Shown here in pieces: positions 27,238 to 36,417 of a stretch of 64,000 nt of DNA; positions within the stretch are counted from its first letter, which is position 1, and every line of letters begins with the position of its first letter. The notes below the pieces were generated by a model. That model was not told the DNA's origin and made no database searches. It worked only from the letters and a program-made list of their open reading frames with translations. Both the position numbers and the translations under genes were made by a program. The stretch comes from Sphingobacteriales bacterium (GTDB taxonomy: Bacteria > Bacteroidota > Bacteroidia > Sphingobacteriales > Sphingobacteriaceae): positions 3,862-67,861 of the forward strand of contig JBBQYA010000002.1 of the NCBI GenBank assembly GCA_038209155.1, given 5' to 3'.

Positions 27238-28428
27238 TTGCTAACTCAGGAAATAAAAGATATTCATACGAATTTTAGTTTCAGTGAGCAACTGTACAAA
27301 AGAAGTTTTAAGGATTATTATTCACCACTCTGTCAGTTTGCTTTTAACATTTTGAGCGATCAAGATGAAGCTGAAGAAATAGTTCAAAATGTTTTTTATA
27401 AATGGTGGGAAAAGCGTGAAAGTTTGGAGATTACCCAATCCATAAAGTCTTATTTGTATAAATCTGTACACAACGCAAGTCTAAATAGATTGAAACATGA
27501 AAATATAAAGGATAATTATAAACAGTATAATGCCACGCAAATAGATAACAATCCAATGTATGCAACAGAGAATCTTCACTTGAAAGAAATGGAAATGGAA
27601 TTATACAAAGCGATAGAATCATTGCCAGAACAGTGCAGAAGAGTATTTAAATTGAGTCGTTTTGAAGAATTGAAATATGCAGAAATTGCGAATCAATTAG
27701 AGATTTCGATAAAAAGAGTTGAAAACCCTCAAATAGCGGGGTCTGTAAATGTTGCTTATGGTAAAACATCAGGTTTGCAAATAGCTTCTTTAGTGAATAT
27801 AAATGCAAATGAAATCTCTGGAGCTCAAATTTCTGGCTTAGTAAACATTGCAAATAAAGTAAATAAAGGTTTTCAATTAGGTTTGGTTAATTATGCAGAT
27901 TCATCAAACTCGATTCCGATCGGTCTTTTTAGTTTTGTAAGAAAAGGTGGGTATAGGCGCCTTGAAATTGGAATAAATGAACAAGCTTTCATCAACGCTT
28001 CTCTAAAAACTGGTGTGCGTAGATTTTACACAATCTTCCAATCTGGAATTTGGTCTCAACAAACTTCTAAACCTATTTGGTCTTATGGTTTAGGAATCGG
28101 TAAAAGTGTGTTTTTTAAAAATAATTGGAATTTTGATTTTCAAGGAACTCATGCATTTGTAAATAATGGTAACTCATTAAATACAGACAATCAATTAATA
28201 AAAATTCATTTTATAGTTGAAAAGAAGTTATCTAAAAGCACGTCATTAGCTGTTGGTCCAGTTGTTAATGGTTTTTTTGAAAAAAAATTCCAAAATAATG
28301 GAAAACTAATCTCTGATTTTGTTCCTTATGATCTTAAAACTTATGATTTAATTAATAACACCGTAAAGACTTGGATTGGTTTTACAGCATCAATTCGCTT
28401 TTTTGATGTTAATGGTTTTGGTAAATAA
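27238..28428 (+). CDS. Chimeric ORF: ECF sigma-70 (regions 2 to 4, truncated in 4.2) fused in frame to a G-x-Q-[IL]-x-G-L-V-N repeat plus beta-rich domain
   Basis: Region 2 is DEAEEIVQNVFYKWWEKRE. Region 4 is LPEQCRRVFKLSRFEELKYAEIANQLEISIKRVEN. From nt 27727 come four repeats of about 16 aa (PQIAGSVNVAYGKTS, GLQIASLVNINANEIS, GAQISGLVNIANKVNK, GFQLGLVNYADSSNS). A beta-rich tail of about 170 aa follows, with no TM segment or signal peptide. The only usable start is TTG at 27238. Confidence 0.7.
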   Translation: MLTQEIKDIHTNFSFSEQLYKRSFKDYYSPLCQFAFNILSDQDEAEEIVQNVFYKWWEKRESLEITQSIKSYLYKSVHNASLNRLKHENIKDNYKQYNATQIDNNPMYATENLHLKEMEMELYKAIESLPEQCRRVFKLSRFEELKYAEIANQLEISIKRVENPQIAGSVNVAYGKTSGLQIASLVNINANEISGAQISGLVNIANKVNKGFQLGLVNYADSSNSIPIGLFSFVRKGGYRRLEIGINEQAFINASLKTGVRRFYTIFQSGIWSQQTSKPIWSYGLGIGKSVFFKNNWNFDFQGTHAFVNNGNSLNTDNQLIKIHFIVEKKLSKSTSLAVGPVVNGFFEKKFQNNGKLISDFVPYDLKTYDLINNTVKTWIGFTASIRFFDVNGFGK

Positions 28429-28483
28429 TTTTCTTCAACAACTAATTAAAATCCAATTAATAAAAAAAGTAAAATGGCAATAA

Positions 28484-28509
28484 GGGTACTCTCTTTTACA
28501 ATTGTCATA
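28484..28509 (+). promoter_or_regulatory. Candidate ECF-type promoter, GGGTA-N13-TTGTCATA (copy 2)
   Basis: GGGTA at 28484-88 and TTGTCATA at 28502-09, 20 nt upstream of the receptor ATG at 28530. No TAnnTTTG box lies in this spacer. Confidence 0.45.
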
Positions 28510-28529
28510 ATATAAAAATAAAATAAAAT

Positions 28530-30935
28530 ATGAATCGTAAAATTGCAGTTCTCATCCTAATTCTTCTTTTAGGTTTTTCAGAACAAAACAAAATCTTTGC
28601 TCAACAAAAGTTCACGGTAAGTGGCTATGTTAAAAGTAGTGCAGATGGAGAAACCATTCTTGGCGCTACAATATATACAAGAGAATTGGCCTCTATGGGT
28701 ACTTCTACCAATAATTCAGGATTCTATTCTCTTACTTTACCAAGTGGAAAATATAAATTAGTAATAAGTAGTTTAGGATTTACAACTCAACTATTAGATT
28801 TAGATTTAATACAAAACAGAGTACAAAATATTGAATTGGATGATTCGGAAACTCAATTAGGAGAGGTAATTATTACGGAAGATATAATAGATGCAAATGT
28901 ATCTTCCAATAGAATGAGCATAGAAAAATTGAGCATTCAAACTATTAAAAGTATGCCCGCTTTATTGGGTGAAGTTGATGTAATTAGAAGCATTCAACTT
29001 TTGCCTGGAGTAAGTACGGTGGGAGAGGGTGCTTCTGGTTTTAATGTACGTGGAGGAGGTGTAGATCAGAATTTAATTCTTCAAGATGAATCCATCATTT
29101 ACAATAGCTCGCATTTATTTGGATTTTTTTCTGTCTTTAATCCTGACGCTGTTAAAGATGTAACGCTGATGAAAGGTGGAATTCCAGCACAATATGGTGG
29201 CAGATTATCTTCTCTATTGGATGTTAAATTGAAAGAAGGGAACTCAAAAGAATTTGCTGGATCTGCAGGTATCGGAACGGTTAGTAGCAGATTATCGTTA
29301 GAAGCACCTATTATAAAAGATAAAAGTTCATTTATTATAGCAGCTAGAAGATCCTATGCAGATGTTTTTTTAAAACTATTACCAGATTTCAAGGATAACC
29401 AACTATATTTTTATGACTTAAGTGCGAAGTGGAATTATAATATAGATGCAAAAAATACTGTGTTTGTTTCAGGATATTTTGGAAAAGATGTTTTTCAATT
29501 CAATGATGATTTTAAATTGAATTGGGGTAATGCTACTGGAACTGTAAGGTGGAATCATGTTTTCAACCAAAAATTATTTGCCAAATTTACAGGAGTATTC
29601 TCTAATTATAATTATTTATTAGGTGTGCCATCAGGAACAGATGCTTTTGAATGGATTTCAAGCATTCAAAATCAGAATGCTAAGGCAGATTTGCAATATT
29701 TTATAAACCCAAAAAACACGTTAAATTTTGGTGGATCGGTTATTAATTATAGTTTTCAACCAGGTAAAATTTCTCCCTTAGGTAATAATAACATATTTAA
29801 CGAATATGAACTTGCTACCCAAAGGGGTTTAGAATATGCTGTTTATATTGATAATGATAGAGAATTTGGATCAAGATGGTCTGTGCAATATGGCCTTCGT
29901 CTGTCAATGTTTGATTATCGAGGTCCGTACACAACAAAAGAATATGAAGGTAAAGATGGATTAAGAAAAGATTTAGTAAAAACAAAAAAATACGGGAGTG
30001 AATCTATTGTCAAATATTGGAATCCAGAACCAAGGTTTAGTACACGTTATGTATTAAATGAGAATAGTTCGATAAAAGCTAGTTACCAAAGAATGGCTCA
30101 ATATATTCATTTAATTTCGAGTACTTCTGCTGCATCTCCACTTGATATTTGGCAACCAAGCACCACCAATATAAAACCAGAAACTGCTGATCAAGTTGCA
30201 ATTGGATATTTTAGAAATATTAAAAATAATATGTTTGAAACTTCAGTTGAGGTATATTATAAAAATTCAACCAATCAGATTGATTATATAAATGGTGCAG
30301 AAACTTTGTTGAATGAAGATTTGGAAAGTGAATTATTGTATGGAAAAGGTAGAGCTTATGGAGCTGAATTCTACATTAAAAAGAAGTCTGGTAAGCTTAA
30401 TGGTTGGGTTAGTTATACCTTGGCTAAATCTGAAAGACAAATTATTGGCTTAAATAATAATGATTGGTATAATGCTAAGTATGATCGAACTCACAACATA
30501 TCAATTGTTGGTATTTATGATTTAACCAAAAAATGGTCTTTCTCAACTTCATTTGCTTATTTAACAGGGGTTGCAACTACTTTTCCTAATTCCAGATATA
30601 CCGTTCAAGGAATCGTGATACCCGATATATCAGACGATTCTAGAAATAATTATCGAGTACCAGCTTATCATAGACTAGATTTTTCTGCCACTTTAACTCC
30701 CGAAGGAAAGCCAAATAAAAAGTATACAAGCAACTGGGTATTTTCAGTATATAATGCCTACAACCGTAGAAATGCCTTTTCTGTTTATTTTGGTCAAAAT
30801 AACGACTCCCAAAATCTTACCTATACTCAAGATCCAAATGGAACTGTAATACCAACTTCTGCTAAAACACAAGCTACTCGATTAGCTATTTTTGGATCAA
30901 TCATTCCTTCTGTTACTTATAATATTAACTTTTAA
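28530..30935 (+). CDS. TonB-dependent receptor (CarboxypepD_reg, plug, barrel; no STN signalling domain)
   Basis: Signal peptide, then FTVSGYVKSSADGETILGATIY...GFYSLTLPSGKYKLVISSLGF (CarboxypepD_reg). The plug is ...VDVIRSIQLLPGVS...GFNVRGG. The barrel ends ...VTYNINF. Confidence 0.9.
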   Translation: MNRKIAVLILILLLGFSEQNKIFAQQKFTVSGYVKSSADGETILGATIYTRELASMGTSTNNSGFYSLTLPSGKYKLVISSLGFTTQLLDLDLIQNRVQNIELDDSETQLGEVIITEDIIDANVSSNRMSIEKLSIQTIKSMPALLGEVDVIRSIQLLPGVSTVGEGASGFNVRGGGVDQNLILQDESIIYNSSHLFGFFSVFNPDAVKDVTLMKGGIPAQYGGRLSSLLDVKLKEGNSKEFAGSAGIGTVSSRLSLEAPIIKDKSSFIIAARRSYADVFLKLLPDFKDNQLYFYDLSAKWNYNIDAKNTVFVSGYFGKDVFQFNDDFKLNWGNATGTVRWNHVFNQKLFAKFTGVFSNYNYLLGVPSGTDAFEWISSIQNQNAKADLQYFINPKNTLNFGGSVINYSFQPGKISPLGNNNIFNEYELATQRGLEYAVYIDNDREFGSRWSVQYGLRLSMFDYRGPYTTKEYEGKDGLRKDLVKTKKYGSESIVKYWNPEPRFSTRYVLNENSSIKASYQRMAQYIHLISSTSAASPLDIWQPSTTNIKPETADQVAIGYFRNIKNNMFETSVEVYYKNSTNQIDYINGAETLLNEDLESELLYGKGRAYGAEFYIKKKSGKLNGWVSYTLAKSERQIIGLNNNDWYNAKYDRTHNISIVGIYDLTKKWSFSTSFAYLTGVATTFPNSRYTVQGIVIPDISDDSRNNYRVPAYHRLDFSATLTPEGKPNKKYTSNWVFSVYNAYNRRNAFSVYFGQNNDSQNLTYTQDPNGTVIPTSAKTQATRLAIFGSIIPSVTYNINF

Positions 30936-30943
30936 AAAATAAG

Positions 30944-31771
30944 ATGAAAAATTTATTTAGTAAAACACTAACAACTATACTTATTATTATTTTCTTTACC
31001 TCTTGCGAAGATGTAATTGATGTAAAATTGGATAAAGGAATTACAAAGATTAGTGTAGATGCAGAAATTACCAATTTACCTGGGCCTTATTATGTGAAAT
31101 TAACAACTACTGCCCCATATTTTGAGAATAAGGCAAATCCTCCACTTACAGGTGCATCGGTATTTATTTCTGACAATAAAGGAAATGTTGATACATTGAT
31201 TGAAACTAATAATGGAATTTACGTTACTCAATTTATTCAGGGTGAAATAGGCGTAAGTTACACATTGACCATTAAATCTGGAGGTCAAGAATATTTTGCA
31301 GAGACTAAAATAAATAGGGTTCCAAAAATTGATTCTTTATATACTGAATTTTTAGAAAATGAGATAGGATTTGATGATGGCATTTATGTTTTCACCAATA
31401 TCCAAGAACCAGAAGGTTTAGGAGATCATTTTAGATTTAGAGCTTATAGAAATGATACTCTTTTTAATAAAACATCTGACCTGTTTTATACTTCTGACAG
31501 ATTTGTTGATGGAAATTATATAGTAGATCAAGAAATAACATTCAATCCTTTTTTAAAAGGAGACAAAGCAACATTACAAATCCTATCAATTACAGAAGAT
31601 GCATACTTTTTTTATAATGAAGTAGTTAGACAAACTTCTGGTGGAGGTTTATTTTCAGATCCACCGGCAAATGTGAGAACCAATGTTTTTAATAAAAATC
31701 CTTCTGGAACCAAGGCTACAGGATATTTTTTCGGATCTGCTGTTTCTCAAAAAACAATAATTGTCCAATAA
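30944..31771 (+). CDS. DUF4249-family lipoprotein, the usual partner of this receptor class
   Basis: Lipobox FFTSCEDVIDVKLD, then ...AEITNLPGPYYVKLTTT...TGASVFISDNKGN...GIY...GVSYTLTI..GGQEY.A.T...VPKIDSL, which matches my memory of DUF4249. It starts 8 nt after the receptor. Confidence 0.75.
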   Translation: MKNLFSKTLTTILIIIFFTSCEDVIDVKLDKGITKISVDAEITNLPGPYYVKLTTTAPYFENKANPPLTGASVFISDNKGNVDTLIETNNGIYVTQFIQGEIGVSYTLTIKSGGQEYFAETKINRVPKIDSLYTEFLENEIGFDDGIYVFTNIQEPEGLGDHFRFRAYRNDTLFNKTSDLFYTSDRFVDGNYIVDQEITFNPFLKGDKATLQILSITEDAYFFYNEVVRQTSGGGLFSDPPANVRTNVFNKNPSGTKATGYFFGSAVSQKTIIVQ

Positions 31772-31785
31772 AAAAAGAATTAAAT

Positions 31786-31815
31786 AAATGCCATTTCTGA
31801 AAAGAGATGGCATTT
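31786..31815. terminator. Shared hairpin terminator between convergent genes
   Basis: 12-bp stem AAATGCCATTTC / GAGATGGCATTT with one G-U pair and loop TGAAAA. The minus-strand side is T-rich. Confidence 0.6.
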
Positions 31816-31830
31816 AAAAATTTGATTATT

Positions 31831-33009
31831 TTAATTTTTTCTTTTCATTAAATTAAAAATATATCCAAGAAAACTATTGTTAGATTCTGCTTTATCTTCT
31901 TCATTCTCAATAATCTCATCACCTTTTTTCGCTGTAGATTTTGAATCTCCGTTATCTCCAATTAAATAACCATAAGGTTTTAAATCATCTACTTCATCAA
32001 AAATAATTTTCAGTATTCCTAAAAGAGGAATAAATAAAATCATGCCGGCAACTCCCCATAATTTACCGCCGACTAATAAAGCTATAATGGTTGCAAATGA
32101 GTTTATTTTTACTTTAGAGCCAGTAATATTTGGCGTTAAGAAATTGTTTTCTAAAAACTGTGTTAAATAGCAAACCCCGAAAGTTGCTACAGCATACCAA
32201 CTATTATCTTTCATCAATAATGCCATGGCAATTGGAAATAAACTGCCAATAAGTACGCCTATATATGGTATTATGTTTAAAAAACCAGCCAAACAACCAA
32301 AAAATATCGCATGCGGAACACCAATTATTAAAAATCCAATACTATTTAATGTGGATAAAATAGCCATTACAATCAAAACCCCTGAAAGATAGGATTGAGT
32401 CACTGAGCTTGTTTTTTCTAAAATGTCGTTTGTTCGTTCGTGATTTGCAACATCAGCAATCATTAAAATAAATTTTCTAATTCGCGTTCTAAAAAAAAGA
32501 AAGAAAAAAATATAAATAATTAGAATTGCAATGGTAGCTAAAGTACCAGTAGTGGTCACTAATACTCCTTTGGCAACTACGTCCAAATTATCTGTCAATC
32601 CACTTATTTGTTCATTAAAATAAGTATTTTGTTCTTTTGCAGACATATTGGTTTGTTTCTGAATAAAAGAAGTTAATAAATCAAATTTCTCGATTGCTTT
32701 TTGTTTCAAAATGGGCAAATCTTCTGCAAAACCCATAATTTGACTAGAAAACAAAAAGATAAATCCAGCAATTACAGTTATAATAATTAAGAGACAAATA
32801 ACAATTGCTAAAGCTCTCGGAAATTTATGCTTTTCTAAAAACCTACATACTGGCAACATGAGCATTGCTAAAAGTGCAGCGAAACTTAATGGAACTATAA
32901 GACTTCCCGCATAGTATAAGCCACATACTAGTAATGTAAAGAAAAGTAAAAGCAAGGTTAATTTGAAAAGAGGTTGCTCCGTAGTAGATTTAGGTATTTC
33001 TGTATTCAT
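31831..33009 (-). CDS. AI-2E family (PerM/UPF0118) transporter
   Basis: About 8 TM segments and a conserved C-terminal core ...IPYIG..IG...P......WGVAGMILFIPLLGILK. I use the ATG at 33009 because the longer track start at 33033 is a TTG. Confidence 0.75.
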   Translation of the reverse strand: MNTEIPKSTTEQPLFKLTLLLLFFTLLVCGLYYAGSLIVPLSFAALLAMLMLPVCRFLEKHKFPRALAIVICLLIIITVIAGFIFLFSSQIMGFAEDLPILKQKAIEKFDLLTSFIQKQTNMSAKEQNTYFNEQISGLTDNLDVVAKGVLVTTTGTLATIAILIIYIFFFLFFRTRIRKFILMIADVANHERTNDILEKTSSVTQSYLSGVLIVMAILSTLNSIGFLIIGVPHAIFFGCLAGFLNIIPYIGVLIGSLFPIAMALLMKDNSWYAVATFGVCYLTQFLENNFLTPNITGSKVKINSFATIIALLVGGKLWGVAGMILFIPLLGILKIIFDEVDDLKPYGYLIGDNGDSKSTAKKGDEIIENEEDKAESNNSFLGYIFNLMKRKN

Positions 33010-33050
33010 TTTTTTAGAATTACAATTAAACAACCAAAAAAAATCAAATG

Positions 33051-34340
33051 CTAAAGTGCATCAGCAACAATAAAAGTACTTCCACCTATAAAAATCATAT
33101 CATCAATTTGGGCATTATTTTTCGCGCTATTTAGAGCAGATGGTACATCATTAAAGACATTTCCGACTAAATTAAATTTACCAGCCTTCTCCTCCAATTC
33201 TAAAACATCTAATGCTCTTGGAATATTTGCTTTACAAAAATAATAGATTGCATTTTGAGGCAACATCGCCAAAACTTTATCTACATCTTTATCATTCACC
33301 ATTCCAAATACCATATGAAGATTTCTATAAGTTGAAGACTCTATCATCTCCATAACTAGTTTAAGTCCGCTTTCGTTATGAGCAGTGTCGCAAACTATTA
33401 ATGGTTTTTTATTTAAAATTTGCCATCTTCCCATTAAAAAAGTGTTTTTTACGACATTTTTAATACCTTCATAAACAGCTGTATTTGGCAAATCAGCTAT
33501 CTTGTTTTCATTGATTATTTCCACAGAAGCAATTACAGTACTAATGTTTTTCAATTGATAATTTCCAATTAATGCAGATTTTAATTCCGGAAAAATTATT
33601 TCCTCTTTGTTCATTACGTTTACAATAATGTAATTGTCAATAGTTTTCACCTTACTTGTACTGTAATCATCAGAAGCAAAAATAATTTTAGACTTTTCCT
33701 TTTTTGCTTTTTCAATAAAAACAAAATCAGTTTCTGATTCTCTTTCACCAATCACTATTGGAATTCCTTCCTTGATAATTCCTGCCTTTTCACCAGCAAT
33801 TGTAGATAATTCTTTACCCAATAAATTTTGATGATCTAAACTTATATTAGTAATAATGGAAAGTTCTGGGGTAATCACATTAGTAGAATCTAATCTACCA
33901 CCCAATCCAGTTTCGATGATTGCAAAATCTACTTCTTCTTCGTGAAAAAAAGAAAAAGCCATGGCAACTGTTAATTCGAAAAAAGATGGCTTTATTTCTT
34001 CTGCATTTACCTTATTGTTTTTGATAAAATCCACCACGAAATTTCTTGAAATTTTTTCACCGTTCACTCTTATTCTTTCTCGGAAATCTTTTAAATGCGG
34101 AGAAGTATACAATCCGGTTTTATACCCAGCCTCTTGAAAAATAGATGCTAATAGATGCGAAGTGCTTCCTTTTCCATTAGTACCAGCTACATGGATAGTT
34201 TTGAAATTATTTTGAGGATTGCCAATAAGTTCGCAAAGTTGTATCGTGTTTTTCAAATCTGGTTTATATGCTGCTGCGCCAATACGATGAAACATTGGCA
34301 ATTGGCTATACATATAGTCTAAAGTTTGTTGGTAATTCAT
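33051..34340 (-). CDS. folC: Folylpolyglutamate synthase / dihydrofolate synthase
   Basis: P-loop HVAGTNGKGST and LETGLGGRLDSTN-type block (IETGLGGRLDSTNV). The start is placed at the ATG at 34340 (MNYQQTLDYMY...). Confidence 0.9.
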   Translation of the reverse strand: MNYQQTLDYMYSQLPMFHRIGAAAYKPDLKNTIQLCELIGNPQNNFKTIHVAGTNGKGSTSHLLASIFQEAGYKTGLYTSPHLKDFRERIRVNGEKISRNFVVDFIKNNKVNAEEIKPSFFELTVAMAFSFFHEEEVDFAIIETGLGGRLDSTNVITPELSIITNISLDHQNLLGKELSTIAGEKAGIIKEGIPIVIGERESETDFVFIEKAKKEKSKIIFASDDYSTSKVKTIDNYIIVNVMNKEEIIFPELKSALIGNYQLKNISTVIASVEIINENKIADLPNTAVYEGIKNVVKNTFLMGRWQILNKKPLIVCDTAHNESGLKLVMEMIESSTYRNLHMVFGMVNDKDVDKVLAMLPQNAIYYFCKANIPRALDVLELEEKAGKFNLVGNVFNDVPSALNSAKNNAQIDDMIFIGGSTFIVADAL

Positions 34341-34431
34341 TTTTACAGCCATGCGAAACATTTTTTTTAAAACCTGAAAATTTAACAATCAGATGATGTA
34401 AAGATAAACGGGAAGATGAAGTTTTATTAAA

Positions 34432-35280
34432 TTATTGTAAACGAAATGTAAACGTTACGATTCCGCTTTGGATATCTGGAGCTGTTTCCAACGAATTTAG
34501 CTTGACTCCCATCACTGCTTTCTCGCATTTAGCCCATAAAGTTGTATTAGAAATGGTCGTTCCTCGAGCACCAGCTTCGGCAGAAATAATCTTTCCAGCT
34601 TTATCAACTTGGATAGTAACTTTCACCACACCTTGACTTTGACTCTCATCATTAATGACGGGTTTTGATAAAAATTTTCGACCAGCAAGGCTTAATCCAA
34701 CGCCTCCAGGGCCAATTCCTGAACCTGTTCCGTCCCCATTTCCTCCTTCATAACTATTTGAATTCAAACTTCCATCTGGTTTTCCTTGATTTCCTGGTTT
34801 TCCAGTAGTTCCATCTCCTGTACCTGTTCCATTATTTTTCTTGCCTCGGTATAATGCATTCTGATCAACCTTTGGAGTTTCTTTTATAGGTTCTTTTACT
34901 ACTGGTTCGTTTGAAACACTTGATTTAGGATTTTTACTTTCACTTGTTTTCACCTCAGGAGCTTCTTCATTATCCTGTGTAATTACATTGGTTTCACTTT
35001 CAGTTTCTACAGGTGTTGAAGTTTGAGTTTCTTGTACAGGTTCATCTGGTAATTTATTATTTGCATTAGGTGCAGTTGATGGTTCTTCGGCACTTGTGAA
35101 TGCATCATTCATTCCATCTTCACTTGTTCCATAATTAATTATAATTCCTCCAGCCTCGGTTTCCTCGATTGGAAAAGGAATACTAATGAATGAAAAATAA
35201 CAAATAGCTAAAAATAAAACATGAATAACAATTGATGTCACCCAGCTTTTTGCAGAATTATCTTCTTCTTGTCTTACCAT
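34432..35280 (-). CDS. tonB: TonB-family energy transducer
   Basis: N-terminal TM segment (SWVTSIVIHVLFLAICYF), a long Pro/Glu/Thr/Gly low-complexity linker and a C-terminal TonB_C-like fold (...GVVKVTIQVDKAGKIISAEA...IVTFTFRLQ). It lies directly after exbD. Confidence 0.75.
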   Translation of the reverse strand: MVRQEEDNSAKSWVTSIVIHVLFLAICYFSFISIPFPIEETEAGGIIINYGTSEDGMNDAFTSAEEPSTAPNANNKLPDEPVQETQTSTPVETESETNVITQDNEEAPEVKTSESKNPKSSVSNEPVVKEPIKETPKVDQNALYRGKKNNGTGTGDGTTGKPGNQGKPDGSLNSNSYEGGNGDGTGSGIGPGGVGLSLAGRKFLSKPVINDESQSQGVVKVTIQVDKAGKIISAEAGARGTTISNTTLWAKCEKAVMGVKLNSLETAPDIQSGIVTFTFRLQ

Positions 35281-35281
35281 T

Positions 35282-35677
35282 TTATTTAGGTTCGGTTGCC
35301 AAAACCAACTTTATTTTCATCTTATTAGATATGTCCATTATGTTCACTACATTTTCAATGGCAACGGTTCTGTCTACATAAAGTACAACCGTTAATTCAT
35401 CAATACCTTTAATATATCCTTGCAGAACAGATTGTATTTGAGTTTCTGGAACAGGTATTTTATTAATAAAATATTCCAATTCTTTAGTTACAGATACAGT
35501 AATTGTTTTCTTTGCTACAGATTGCCCTGTGGAAGATCTTGGCAATAAAAGTTTAATTACATTCGGATTAACAACTGTAGAACAAATTAAAAAGAATAAC
35601 ATCAAAAAAAACATGATATCATTCATCGAAGAAGTATTTACTTCTGCCGAAATTTTATGTCGTTTGCGTAAGTTCAT
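35282..35677 (-). CDS. exbD: ExbD/TolR biopolymer transport protein
   Basis: 131 aa. ...MNDIMFFLMLFFLI... TM segment followed by a periplasmic domain. It overlaps exbB by 4 nt. Confidence 0.85.
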   Translation of the reverse strand: MNLRKRHKISAEVNTSSMNDIMFFLMLFFLICSTVVNPNVIKLLLPRSSTGQSVAKKTITVSVTKELEYFINKIPVPETQIQSVLQGYIKGIDELTVVLYVDRTVAIENVVNIMDISNKMKIKLVLATEPK

Positions 35678-36360
35678 CGAGTCGGTTCTTCCAGCAAATC
35701 AATAAAATCAATTGCATCTGTTTCCATTTTAAGTATTACTTTTTCCACCATTATATTTAAAACATGATGACCTACATAAGCAATAATTCCAATAATTAAT
35801 CCTGAAGCACTGGTTATCATTTTCTCATAAAGCCCTCCAGCTATTAATCCAATGCTAATATTATCAGACAATGAAATATTATAAAATATTTTTATTACTC
35901 CAGAAATAGTTCCAACAAATCCCAGCATGGGTGCAATTCCAGCAATAATGCCAAGAATACTTAAATTGTTTTCCAATTTAGATACTTCTAGCTTGCCGAC
36001 ATTTTCTATCGCACCTTCAATTTCTTTAATGGGTTTTCCTACTCTTTGTAATCCCTTTTGCAACATTCTAGCAATTGGAGTATCGCTGTTTTTACAAAGA
36101 GATTGAGCCATTGGTAAATTTCCTGCAATGATTTGCTCTCTTACTTGGCTCATCAATTTTGATTCGTCTTTTGATGCTTTTCTGATGGTGAAATACCGTT
36201 CAAAAAATATGTAGACTCCGATTATTGATAAAATTCCAATTGGAATCATTACCCAACCACCTTTTATAATTAAATCTAATAAATTGAGTTTTTCTGGCAA
36301 TGCAGCTGCTGCGGGTGCTGCTGCGGTTACGATCGTATCTGTAATCTGCAATAAGGTCAT
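35674..36360 (-). CDS. exbB: MotA/TolQ/ExbB proton channel
   Basis: Three TM segments and the conserved ...GIAPMLGFVGTISGVI... block. Confidence 0.88.
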   Translation of the reverse strand: MTLLQITDTIVTAAAPAAAALPEKLNLLDLIIKGGWVMIPIGILSIIGVYIFFERYFTIRKASKDESKLMSQVREQIIAGNLPMAQSLCKNSDTPIARMLQKGLQRVGKPIKEIEGAIENVGKLEVSKLENNLSILGIIAGIAPMLGFVGTISGVIKIFYNISLSDNISIGLIAGGLYEKMITSASGLIIGIIAYVGHHVLNIMVEKVILKMETDAIDFIDLLEEPTR

Positions 36361-36417
36361 AGAATATTTAAGTAAAATATATTTTTTAAGAAAGAACGGA
36401 TGAAATGTTTTTATAGT

